From Pseudolabrys sp. (lineage in GTDB: Bacteria; Pseudomonadota; Alphaproteobacteria; Rhizobiales; Xanthobacteraceae): DNA of 64,000 nt. Position 1 is the stretch's first letter. Each line of letters begins with the position of its first letter. The translations under genes and the position numbers were made by a program. Below the pieces are notes generated by a model. It was not told the DNA's origin. It saw only the letters and a program-made list of their open reading frames with translations, and searched no databases. This document shows, piece by piece, positions 37,626 to 46,894 of this stretch. The stretch spans positions 44,933 through 108,932 of the forward strand of contig DATJVE010000017.1 of the NCBI GenBank assembly GCA_035501975.1. The letters run 5' to 3'.

Positions 37626-38957
37626 TTAATTCGCCTTGTTGCGCCGGTCAACGACGCGCACGGCCTTGCCCTGCGAACGCGGCACCTCGCCGGTCGCTTT
37701 GGGCACCACCGTGCAGGTCACGCCGACCAGCGACTTGATGTGGTGGGTGACTTCCGCCGCCTTACGGACGCGGTCGCCGGTGAAATCGGGCGCGAGCTCG
37801 ACCTCGACCGTCATCGCGTCGAGCGCGCCCTCGCGTGTGAGCACGATCTGGTAATGCGGCGCGATGCCCGGGAAGCCGACCAGCACCGCCTCAACTTGCG
37901 AGGGATATACGTTCACGCCGCGGATGATCATCATGTCGTCGTTGCGGCCGGTCACGCGCAGGATGCGCACGTGGCTGCGCCCGCAGGCGCAGGGTTCATC
38001 GGACAGCCGGGTGATGTCGCGCGTGCGGTAGCGGATCATCGGCAAAGCTTCCTTGGTCAGCGTGGTGATGACGAGTTCGCCCGCTTCGCCCAGCGGCTTC
38101 GGCTGCATGGTGTTAGGGTCAATCACCTCGAACAGGAAATGGTCCTCCCAACCGTGCAAGCCGCTCTGCACTTCGCGGCATTCGCAGGCGACGCCCGGCC
38201 CGATGATCTCCGACAGGCCGTAGATGTCGACCGCCTTGATGCCGAGCCGCGCCTCGATGTCGCGGCGCATGGCGTCGGTCCAGGGCTCGGCGCCGAAGAT
38301 GCCGGTATGCAGCGGCAATTTGCGGATGTCGACGCCCATGCCCTCGGCGATTTCGGCAATGTTGAGCGCGTAAGACGGCGTCGCGCACAGGATGTGGGCG
38401 CCGAAGTCCTGCAGCAGTGTAACCTGCCGCTCGGTGCCGCCGCCGGATAACGGCACCACTGTGCAGCCGAGCCGCTCGGCGCCGTAATGCGCGCCGAGGC
38501 CGCCGGTGAAGAGACCATAACCGTAGGCGTTGTGCACGATCTCGCCGGGCCGCGCACCCATGCTGGCGAGACAGCGCGCCATCAGGTTGGCCCACAGATC
38601 GAGATCGCCTTTGGTGTAGCCGACGACGGTCGGCTTGCCGGTAGTTCCCGACGAGGCGTGCAGGCGCAAAAGCTGGTCGCGCGGCACGGCGAACATGCCG
38701 AACGGATAATTGTCGCGCAGGTCGGTCTTCACCGTGAAGGGAAAGCGCGCGAGATCGGCGAGCGATTTGAGGTCGGCCGGTTTGACGCCGGCGGCATCGA
38801 ACTTCTTCTTGTAATGCGGGACCTTGTGATAGGCGCGATCGAGCATGGTCTTGAGCCTGGCAAGCTGCAACGCCTTCAGTTCGCCGCGCGGCATGGTCTC
38901 GGCCGCAGGTTCGAACATGAAGCTCGGCGTTTCGGCGATCGCGTGTTGCGTACTCAT
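37626..38957 (-). CDS. paaK: Phenylacetate-CoA ligase
   Basis: [50 protein letters not shown]. Confidence 0.95.
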   Translation of the reverse strand: MSTQHAIAETPSFMFEPAAETMPRGELKALQLARLKTMLDRAYHKVPHYKKKFDAAGVKPADLKSLADLARFPFTVKTDLRDNYPFGMFAVPRDQLLRLHASSGTTGKPTVVGYTKGDLDLWANLMARCLASMGARPGEIVHNAYGYGLFTGGLGAHYGAERLGCTVVPLSGGGTERQVTLLQDFGAHILCATPSYALNIAEIAEGMGVDIRKLPLHTGIFGAEPWTDAMRRDIEARLGIKAVDIYGLSEIIGPGVACECREVQSGLHGWEDHFLFEVIDPNTMQPKPLGEAGELVITTLTKEALPMIRYRTRDITRLSDEPCACGRSHVRILRVTGRNDDMMIIRGVNVYPSQVEAVLVGFPGIAPHYQIVLTREGALDAMTVEVELAPDFTGDRVRKAAEVTHHIKSLVGVTCTVVPKATGEVPRSQGKAVRVVDRRNKAN

Positions 38958-39021
38958 GACTAAACCTCCCGGTCGATTTTATTGTGGCGCGCTGCGGCGC
39001 GTCTTGCCAGTCGGAATTGCC

Positions 39022-40611
39022 TCATGGCGAAGACCATCCCGGCTTCACCGCCGGTCCGGGCACGCCGGACCCGCGAATCGGGGTGTGGGGCAGCGCGAAG
39101 CCCTGATTATAGGCGGCCCGCGTGATGAGAATGAATTTGATCGCCCAGCCCGTCGCGAGGACCGAAAGGCCGGCGAGCGCGAACAGGACCGCGCTGGCGG
39201 CCGGTACGACCAGGCCGGCGGCGATGAGCGCCAGCGGCAGCGCAAGGCCTCCGGCGAAGAACCACAGCCGGCAAGCGGTGAAGATTTCCAGCGTCCGGGT
39301 CGGCGCGCCGCCGCTTTCCAGTGCGGCGAGATAGCGCCACCAGGTCCAGATGCGGATGAGCGCGAGCGCCGCGAGCGCGATGGCCACAGGTCTGGCGGCG
39401 GCCAGCGCCGGCACGAAGGCCGCCAGCAGCAGGTAGAGCCCACAGCCTTCGGCAAGGCCGGTCGCCATGATCAAGGCGATCACGCGCGGATTGCGCCAGG
39501 CGGGAATCCCCTTGGCCTGCTCCAGGATCATGCCCTGGCAGAACAGGAAGATGAGCCCGACCAGCGCGGCCGCCGCGAGCGCGAGCGGCTGGCTAAACCA
39601 CAGCGCCGCCAGCGCCAACGGAAATAGCGCGCCGGCGACCCAGGCTTCGCGCGACATCCAGGAGCGCCGCGGCTGGCGCAGCACGTACATGAAGCGCAGC
39701 GGTCGGCCGATCTTGAATATCAACAGCCCCAGGCCACACGCGATGACGATGAGCGCGGCGAGCGCCGGCACCAGCGCCGGAATTCCGGCAAAGCCGACGA
39801 TCGCGGCCATGCCGAGCAAACCGGCGCCGGCGCCGCCGCAGAGAAAATTGCCGGCGGCCTTCCAGTCCCAATGTTTCTGATGCCAGGGCTCGACGCCGCG
39901 CGTGCGTGTGCGCCCGGATTGCGCGCTCGACAGCGGCGGCGGGACGTCCGGCGCCGGCGCGGCGGCGGCCTTGTCGTAGAGATAGTGGAAACCCGACTCG
40001 GTGCCGAGCTCGGCATGCATGCGGAAGCTCTTGTGCTCGCGCAGCAGCCGCGACACGTTGCTGTCGGCATCGTCGAGGTCGCCGAAGTGCAAGGCGTCGG
40101 CGATGCAGGCATTGACGCAGGCCGGCGTCGCGCGCGGATCCGAGCCCGGCGCCAGGCCGTTCTCGATGCCGAAATCGATGCGGTCGGAGCAGAACGTGCA
40201 TTTCTGCGCGACCCCGAGCCGCTCGGAAATCTCGCGTTCGATTTCGTTCTGCATCGCCTCCGCGCCGTAGGCGAAGTCTTCCTTGGTGATCTTGAAGCGC
40301 GCCTGATAGGGGCAGGCGACGTCGCAGTAAGCGCAGCCGATGCAGACGTCGTAATCGATGGTGACGATGCCGTCGGCGCGCTGCCGCGTCGCGGTCGAAG
40401 GGCACACATGCATGCACGGCGGATCGGCGCAGTGCTGGCAGCCGATCGGCACGAAGGTGCGGTTGACGTTGGGGAAGCTGCCCGCCTCGATGTCGAGCAC
40501 CTTGCGCCATTGCACCGCCGGCGAGGTGGCGTTGGCGTGCCGGCAAGCCGCGGTGCAAGTCTGGCAACCGACGCAACGCTCGAGATCGGCGACCATCGCC
40601 CAGCGCGTCAT
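39022..40611 (-). CDS. Fused four-cluster Fe-S subunit and DmsC-like membrane anchor (PadC-PadD-like)
   Basis: CVGCQTC..C, CQHCADPPC..VCP, CIGCAYCDVACPY, KCTFC; Pro/Ala linker; then PWHQKHWDWKAAGNF and SWMSREA in a hydrophobic domain. Confidence 0.82.
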   Translation of the reverse strand: MTRWAMVADLERCVGCQTCTAACRHANATSPAVQWRKVLDIEAGSFPNVNRTFVPIGCQHCADPPCMHVCPSTATRQRADGIVTIDYDVCIGCAYCDVACPYQARFKITKEDFAYGAEAMQNEIEREISERLGVAQKCTFCSDRIDFGIENGLAPGSDPRATPACVNACIADALHFGDLDDADSNVSRLLREHKSFRMHAELGTESGFHYLYDKAAAAPAPDVPPPLSSAQSGRTRTRGVEPWHQKHWDWKAAGNFLCGGAGAGLLGMAAIVGFAGIPALVPALAALIVIACGLGLLIFKIGRPLRFMYVLRQPRRSWMSREAWVAGALFPLALAALWFSQPLALAAAALVGLIFLFCQGMILEQAKGIPAWRNPRVIALIMATGLAEGCGLYLLLAAFVPALAAARPVAIALAALALIRIWTWWRYLAALESGGAPTRTLEIFTACRLWFFAGGLALPLALIAAGLVVPAASAVLFALAGLSVLATGWAIKFILITRAAYNQGFALPHTPIRGSGVPGPAVKPGWSSP

Positions 40612-43346
40612 GCCGCCTTCTCCAGCCGCGTGATCTTGACCTTGACCAGGTCGGCGCTCGAGCCGGTGGCGTCGGTGAGATCGAGCAGCATCGGCACCAG
40701 CGCATTCATGCTCGGCGCGTGGAAATCCTTGGCGTAAGGCGTGACCCAGTGATCGAACTGCCCGATGATCAGCAGCGTGTCGGGGCGGATGCCCTCGCGC
40801 AGCGTCACTTTTCCCTTTGTGCTGTTGAGCGGGGAGCGCACCTCGACCAGATCGCCGTCGGCAATGCCGAGCTTTTCCGCCGCGCTTTCGTTCATCACCA
40901 CGCTGCCATGGCCGATGACGTTGTCGGCGACTTCCCTGATCAGCTGAATGCCGACATTGTTGCCCCAGGAATATTGCATGCTGCGCGAAGTGACGAGCCA
41001 GAACGGATAGTCGACGATCTGCACCTTGAAGTGCTTGGTGAGCGCGTCTTCCCACAGACCCTGCAGGTCGCGCCAATGCGGCAGCGCCTCGTACTCGGCG
41101 AGCTGCTTGTCCCACCAGGTGATGCCCTGCTCGTGCAGCCGCCGCCCGAGCTCCTTGCCGACGCGCAGCAGACGTTCTTGGTAGGGCTGTTCGAAGCGCA
41201 GGTTTTGTTCGACCAATTTCGGGTAGAGGTACCACATCAGGCGCGAGAACGGTTTCACGCGGAAGCCATGCGCGCGGAACCAGTCGAGCCCGTGCGTCTC
41301 GGCGCCGTCAGTCAGTTCCGCGCTCGCCGCGCGGCAACTCGCGTCCCAAATCTCCTCGACGCTGTGCGGCTTGGTCACGTCGAGCGAGAAGTCGTAAGTG
41401 TCGCCCTTGAGTTTGACGTCGGCGCTGCCGCGATTGATTGCGGTGTTGTACTCCTCGAGCAAGCCGGTGCGGCGCGCCAGCTCGGTCGCGATCCAGGTGA
41501 AATCCTTTGCCTCGCCCTGCGGCGGCACCGCCGGATCGCGTAAGGCGAAGCCTTGATGATCCCAGAACTGCTCGATGTACTTGGTGCCGCCGATGCGCAT
41601 CAACTGCAGGCCTTCGAGATCGGTGCAGTCGGGCAACAGCACGTCGGCGACGTGATTGGTCTCGTCGCGCGTCAGCGCGAAGCAGACGGTGAACGGGAAC
41701 TTCGCCATGGTCTCGCCCACTGCCTTGGTGTCCCAGAACGAGATCGCCGGATTGGTGCGATACACCAGCCAGACATCGGGCGGCGGTGCGTGCGGGAGAT
41801 GCTCGAAGTCCTCCTTCTGCATCATCCAGGCGAGATGCGTCGGCCCGAGCGCCTGGCTCCAGGCCGAATTGGCGACCAGCGGCACCAGCGTGCGGTGTGC
41901 GCTGCGCGCGGTCGGGCGCGAAATCCAGTCGTCCTTGCCGGTCGGATTCATCGGATAATGCATGAAGCCATCCGGCCCCGGCTTAACGCTGGACCAGCGA
42001 TTGTCGGCCGGACGGTTAAGCCGCACCGTGGTGCCGAGTGTACCCCCCGGCACGTCGAGCGCTCCGACCAGACAAGGGATCAGCGTGCGCGCCCAGCAGC
42101 ATTCGTAGCCGCCCCAGCCGTTGTTGACGGTCTTGCCAAAGGCGATAGCGACCGGCCGCAGCGGCAGCGTGACCCCCTCGATGTCGATCTTCTCGCCGAC
42201 GCGGGCGTACAAGAGGAATTCGTTGGTCACGCGGCGGATGGTTTCTCCCGGCACGTCGCAGATGGCCGCCGCCCACTCTGGGGAGTAGTCTTTCACGTGC
42301 GCGACTAGGTGCGCGAAGGCCGGGCTGACGGCGGCCGCAGTGTGCGTCGTGGTCTCCTGATCGGCGCCGATCTCGATGCCGTCGACCGTGAAGCTGCCTT
42401 CGAGCGCCGGATCGATGCCGGCGGCATCGAACGGCACCGGGCGCTGGCTCTTGCTGTCGAACACCAGCGGCTTCTGCGTCTCCTGATCGCGCAAGAAGAA
42501 TCCGCCAGGGCCAATGAGATAAGGCGATGAAGTCCGGCCTTTCAGAAACGGAAGATCGAGCCTGTCGCGCGCGGTTTCGTGCAGCAGCACGTGGATCATG
42601 GCGAACAGAAACGCCGAGTCGGTCTTCGGCTTGATCGGGATCCATTCGGCCGAACAGGCGCCGGTGATCGACAGATGCGGCTCGATCTGCACGCGCTTCA
42701 TGCCGCGGCTGCGCGCATCGGCGTGGCGCTTGACGCCGCACACGCCGCCGGAGGCCTCGACATTGGCGCCAAACGACAGCACGTAGTCGCACAGCGGCGT
42801 GTCGGGGCACACGGTGAAAGCGCGGTGCCACAGCTCGCCGTAGAGGTGCTCCGAGTGCGTGCACTTGACGCCCTGGCCGGAGCCGAAGCTCAAGTCGACC
42901 GGCCCCCAGGCGGCGAGGAACGACGGCAGCGTGCCCATATAGGCGGTCGGCGTGCCGCCGCCGCCGAAGCTTGCGGCAAGCCGCGGAAAGCCGCTCTCGT
43001 CGAGCAGACCTTTCGCGCGCGCCGCTTTCATCTTTTCGGCGACGAGATCGAGCGCCTCATCCCAGGAAACGCGCACAAAGCCCGGGTCCTCGTGCCGACC
43101 CTTCTTCGGGTTGGTGCGCTTCATCGGATAAAGCAGGCGGTTAGGGCTGTAGGATTTTTGCACCAGCCCGAACGCCTTGATGCAGGCCTTGCCGCCGCCG
43201 GGATGGATCGCAGCGGCGGAGAAATTCGGATTGACCTCGGTGGCGACCCCGTCCTGGACGCGCACGGTCAACAGATCCGGCCCTGCCACGCATTGGTAGC
43301 AATAGGTCGAAACCGTACGTTCCTGCGGTGGCTTACTTCCCGGCAT
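40608..43346 (-). CDS. padB: DMSO-reductase-family molybdoenzyme, phenylacetyl-CoA:acceptor oxidoreductase-like
   Basis: TYCYQCVAGPDLL, NRLLYPMKRTNPKKG, SWDEALD, ADVLLPD; no Tat signal; operonic with paaK. Confidence 0.78.
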   Translation of the reverse strand: MPGSKPPQERTVSTYCYQCVAGPDLLTVRVQDGVATEVNPNFSAAAIHPGGGKACIKAFGLVQKSYSPNRLLYPMKRTNPKKGRHEDPGFVRVSWDEALDLVAEKMKAARAKGLLDESGFPRLAASFGGGGTPTAYMGTLPSFLAAWGPVDLSFGSGQGVKCTHSEHLYGELWHRAFTVCPDTPLCDYVLSFGANVEASGGVCGVKRHADARSRGMKRVQIEPHLSITGACSAEWIPIKPKTDSAFLFAMIHVLLHETARDRLDLPFLKGRTSSPYLIGPGGFFLRDQETQKPLVFDSKSQRPVPFDAAGIDPALEGSFTVDGIEIGADQETTTHTAAAVSPAFAHLVAHVKDYSPEWAAAICDVPGETIRRVTNEFLLYARVGEKIDIEGVTLPLRPVAIAFGKTVNNGWGGYECCWARTLIPCLVGALDVPGGTLGTTVRLNRPADNRWSSVKPGPDGFMHYPMNPTGKDDWISRPTARSAHRTLVPLVANSAWSQALGPTHLAWMMQKEDFEHLPHAPPPDVWLVYRTNPAISFWDTKAVGETMAKFPFTVCFALTRDETNHVADVLLPDCTDLEGLQLMRIGGTKYIEQFWDHQGFALRDPAVPPQGEAKDFTWIATELARRTGLLEEYNTAINRGSADVKLKGDTYDFSLDVTKPHSVEEIWDASCRAASAELTDGAETHGLDWFRAHGFRVKPFSRLMWYLYPKLVEQNLRFEQPYQERLLRVGKELGRRLHEQGITWWDKQLAEYEALPHWRDLQGLWEDALTKHFKVQIVDYPFWLVTSRSMQYSWGNNVGIQLIREVADNVIGHGSVVMNESAAEKLGIADGDLVEVRSPLNSTKGKVTLREGIRPDTLLIIGQFDHWVTPYAKDFHAPSMNALVPMLLDLTDATGSSADLVKVKITRLEKAA

Positions 43347-43393
43347 AGCCGTAACCTCAGTCAGGGAACTTTTAGTCGCCAGGCCCGAGTACT

Positions 43394-43969
43394 CTAGGTG
43401 CTGATCGTCCCGGCAATTTCCTCGCGAACATCCGCATTCGCGTGCACCGAATAGCCCGCCTTGAGCGCATCCATATTGAGATCGAGGAAGCCGCGCGGCG
43501 TCTCCGCGCGCACCGCCTGCTCGATCCGATTGCGGTCGCAGATTTCGCCTAACGCCACTAAGGCGCCGAGCGCGACGATGTTGGTGACCCGCTCGCTGCC
43601 GAGTTGCAGCGCGGTGCGGCTGAGCGGCAGGTGATAGCGACGATAGTCACCCGCCGGGAGTTCGGGACAGAGCCGCGTGTCGGCGATGACCAGCGCACCG
43701 GGCTTGAGCAAAGGCCAGGACGGCTTAACGGCCAGCCGGTCAAGCAGCACCAGACAATCGAGCGCGGTCGCCAGCGGGAAATCCACCTCGCCGTCCGCGA
43801 CCACCAGGTCGGCGCTGCAGAAGCCACCGCGCGAGGTCGGCTCGTAGGACTGCGACTGGGCCACACATTTGCCGGAGACGGCCAGCGCGTCCGCCAGCAT
43901 CTTGGCGCTGAGGATCAACCCCTGCCCGCCAGTGCCGCCGATGCGGATTTCTTTGCGCTGCCCGTTCAT
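43394..43969 (-). CDS. 2-oxoacid:ferredoxin oxidoreductase gamma subunit
   Basis: IRIGGTGGQG, QSQSYEPTSRGG, NIVALGAL. Confidence 0.9.
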   Translation of the reverse strand: MNGQRKEIRIGGTGGQGLILSAKMLADALAVSGKCVAQSQSYEPTSRGGFCSADLVVADGEVDFPLATALDCLVLLDRLAVKPSWPLLKPGALVIADTRLCPELPAGDYRRYHLPLSRTALQLGSERVTNIVALGALVALGEICDRNRIEQAVRAETPRGFLDLNMDALKAGYSVHANADVREEIAGTIST

Positions 43970-44805
43970 TGCTTGGCCCCCGCGCGCGCGGCCGCCGCTT
44001 TGCGATAGGCGGCGCCATATTCGGGACGGTCGTTCCTGGCGAGGATGCCGGTGCGCAACGTGTTGGGCCGAAACGGCGTGTCGACCGTATCGGCGTAGGC
44101 GCTCGGCCGGATGGTGCTCGTCTGCCGCATGACCATTTCCGGCGAGGAGCCGAGATCGTTCTTGCGCCCGAAGATTTCCGTGCAGTCGGTGAGCACCTCG
44201 ACAAAGGCAAAGCCCGGATGCTCGAGCCCGGCCTTGATCAGCTCCTTGAGCTTGGGCACATGATGCGTCACCTCGCGGCCGACGAAGCCCGCTCCGGCGG
44301 CGCTCGCCAGCGCGCAGGCGTCGAAATGCGGCTCCTGATTGCCGAGCGGCGTCGTGGTGGTGAGCATGCTCTCCGACGTGGTCGGCGACACCTGGCCGCC
44401 GGTCATGCCGTAGACCTCGTTGTTGAGCATCAGGCAGGTCAGCTTGAGATTGCGCCGGCAGGCGTGGATCAGATGATTGCCGCCGATCGCCAGACAATCG
44501 CCGTCGCCGGTGATGACGACGACATTGAGATCGGGACGCGCCAGCGCGAGACCGGTCGCATAAGCGAGCGGCCGCCCGTGCGTCACATGGAAGGTGTTGG
44601 CGTCGATGTAGGCCGACAGCCGCCCGGCGCAGCCGATGCCGGAGACGACCGCGAGCCTGTCCTTGTCGATCTTGAGATCATGCAGCGCCCACAACAGCGC
44701 GCGCAGCGCAATGCCGTGCCCGCAGCCGGGGCAGAGGAAGTGCGGCATCATCTCCTCACGGAGATAGTCGCGCACGTCGAAGCCGGCGGCGGTGTCGAGA
44801 ATCAT
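43966..44805 (-). CDS. 2-oxoacid:ferredoxin oxidoreductase beta subunit
   Basis: CPGCGHG, SGIGC, HGR, GDGD...NN TPP motif, YGMTGGQVSPT. Confidence 0.93.
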   Translation of the reverse strand: MILDTAAGFDVRDYLREEMMPHFLCPGCGHGIALRALLWALHDLKIDKDRLAVVSGIGCAGRLSAYIDANTFHVTHGRPLAYATGLALARPDLNVVVITGDGDCLAIGGNHLIHACRRNLKLTCLMLNNEVYGMTGGQVSPTTSESMLTTTTPLGNQEPHFDACALASAAGAGFVGREVTHHVPKLKELIKAGLEHPGFAFVEVLTDCTEIFGRKNDLGSSPEMVMRQTSTIRPSAYADTVDTPFRPNTLRTGILARNDRPEYGAAYRKAAAARAGAKQ

Positions 44806-45962
44806 GACGCCTCCTTGGCCAGCGCCGCGGCGCAGACGGAGATATCCGAAGGCGCAATCGCCTCGCCGCTGAACAGGTGCAGGCCCTCGACCGGCAGGTC
44901 GCTCAACACGCGCTCGACTTCAAGCCGCAATTGCCCGTTGTTCATTTCGGGCACCAGCACGGCGCGGGCGCCGGCCGCGGCTTCGCGCAATGCGGCTTCG
45001 GGGAATGGCCACAGCGTGATCGGCCGGAACAGGCCGACGCGCGAGCCTTGTGCGCGGCACATCTCGACGGCACGCCGCGCCGCGCGCGCGCTGATGCCGA
45101 TGGCGACAATGACCACGTCGGCATCGTCGCAAGCGAGCGTCTCCCAGGAATCGATCAGGTCGCGATGACGGTCGAGCTTGGTGAGCAGGCGCGATAGGTT
45201 GCGGGTGACGGCTTCCGGATTTTGCGTCGGGAAGCCGCTCTCGCTATGCGTCAACCCGGTGGTGTGGACGCGGTAACCGTCGCCGGGCCTCGCCATCGCC
45301 GGGATATCGCCACCGCCATAAGGCTTGTAGTCGGCGCGCGGCCCGCTTGCCCACGCGCGTTCCACATTCGGCTGCGCGGCACTGCTGAGCGAGACCGTTT
45401 CGGACAGTTGCGCGATCACCTGGTCATACAAGAGAACGACCGGCGAACGGCATTGCTCGGCCACGTCAAACGCGCGGATGGTCTCGCTGTAGATTTCGGC
45501 AACCGAGGCGGGCGTGAGCACGATGATCGGATAATCGCCGTGGCTGCCCCAGCGCGCCTGCATCACGTCGGCTTGCGACGGCCGCGTCGGCATGCCGGTC
45601 GAGGGGCCGCCGCGCATGACATTGACGATGACGCAAGGAATTTCGGCGCCGGCGGCGTAGCCGAGATTTTCCTGCTTGAGCGAAAAGCCCGGGCCGCTGG
45701 TCGCGGTCATCGCCTTGACGCCGCCCATCGAGGCGCCGATCACGGCGGCCATCGAGGCGATCTCGTCTTCCATCTGCACGAAGACGCCGCCGACTTCCGG
45801 CAAGCGGCGCGACAGCCGCTCGGCGATTTCTGACGACGGCGTGATCGGGTAGCCGGCGAAGAAACGGCAGCCGGCAGCGACCGCGCCGAGCGCGCAGGCG
45901 TGATTGCCGGAGATCAGTTTCACGGCGCTTTTGCCGGTCAATGCGGTGTCGACGGCGTTCAT
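44802..45962 (-). CDS. 2-oxoacid:ferredoxin oxidoreductase alpha subunit
   Basis: GNHACA, AGYPITPSSEI, QMEDE, TATSGPGFSL, RGGPSTGMPT. Confidence 0.93.
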   Translation of the reverse strand: MNAVDTALTGKSAVKLISGNHACALGAVAAGCRFFAGYPITPSSEIAERLSRRLPEVGGVFVQMEDEIASMAAVIGASMGGVKAMTATSGPGFSLKQENLGYAAGAEIPCVIVNVMRGGPSTGMPTRPSQADVMQARWGSHGDYPIIVLTPASVAEIYSETIRAFDVAEQCRSPVVLLYDQVIAQLSETVSLSSAAQPNVERAWASGPRADYKPYGGGDIPAMARPGDGYRVHTTGLTHSESGFPTQNPEAVTRNLSRLLTKLDRHRDLIDSWETLACDDADVVIVAIGISARAARRAVEMCRAQGSRVGLFRPITLWPFPEAALREAAAGARAVLVPEMNNGQLRLEVERVLSDLPVEGLHLFSGEAIAPSDISVCAAALAKEAS

Positions 45963-46894
45963 TGGGCGAGCGCCTCCGCCGCTGCATCGAGATGGACGCG
46001 GATAGCGAAATCCGGACAAAGCCACTCGCACAATCGGCAGCCGGTGCATTTCTCGGGCTGCGCCAGTTCGGCGATGCGCTCGGCGTTGAGCCGCAGGCAG
46101 CGCTCCGGACACAGCTTCACGCAGATGTCGCAGCTCTTGCACCAGGCCGGATTGATTTCGAGGCGAACGTTATAGACGGCCTCGGGCGGCGCCGGTGTGA
46201 AGGTTTGCTCGTCCATCGGCGGCGTGAGGTTGCGAGCCTCTTCGATCCAAGCGCGGCCGCGGCGGAAGGCTTCCAGATTGACCGGAATGGTTTTCTTCGG
46301 CACGAACTCGGCGACGGTGCGCTCCCAATCCGCGGCGGAAAAATCGAGCGCCGTCGACAACGCGCCGAGCAGGACGACGTTCGCCGCGCGTTCGTTGCCG
46401 AGCTGCTCGGCCAAGTGGGTGGCGTCGATGGCATAGCCTTCCGCCACATGCGCCGCGACTTGCGCCGGCGTCTCCTTCGAATAGCGCAGCGGCGCGCCCG
46501 GATGGCGGTTGAGGCAGGCAAAGGGCGGCACGATGCGCTTGGTGTCGCAGATGAAGATGCCGGTGTCGGGCTTGAGGTACGCCAGCCAGCGCAACCCTTC
46601 CGCCCATTCCAGCGCCACCAGAATGTCGACCTCGCCCTTGGGGATAGTCGGCGACCAGACGCGCTGGCCGAAGCGCACGTGGCTGAACACCGAGCCGCCG
46701 CGCTTGGCCATGCCGTGCACTTCGCTCTGCTTGACCTCGAAGCCTTGGCTCTGCGCCAATAAGGCGAGCACCTTGGACACCATGATGACGCCCTGGCCGC
46801 CGACGCCGACGATCAGCACGTTGAAGGTCTCGCGCGCGGCTGCCGCGGCGGCGACCGCGTAGGGCGAATGCAGGGTGACGACGGGTTCGCTCAT
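45959..46894 (-). CDS. iorB: Indolepyruvate oxidoreductase beta subunit fused to a C-terminal 2x[4Fe-4S] ferredoxin
   Basis: GVGGQG, SEVHGMAKRGGSV, ANVVLLGA; C-terminal CKSCDICVKLCP and CTGCRLCEWLCPDFAI. Confidence 0.85.
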   Translation of the reverse strand: MSEPVVTLHSPYAVAAAAAARETFNVLIVGVGGQGVIMVSKVLALLAQSQGFEVKQSEVHGMAKRGGSVFSHVRFGQRVWSPTIPKGEVDILVALEWAEGLRWLAYLKPDTGIFICDTKRIVPPFACLNRHPGAPLRYSKETPAQVAAHVAEGYAIDATHLAEQLGNERAANVVLLGALSTALDFSAADWERTVAEFVPKKTIPVNLEAFRRGRAWIEEARNLTPPMDEQTFTPAPPEAVYNVRLEINPAWCKSCDICVKLCPERCLRLNAERIAELAQPEKCTGCRLCEWLCPDFAIRVHLDAAAEALAQ

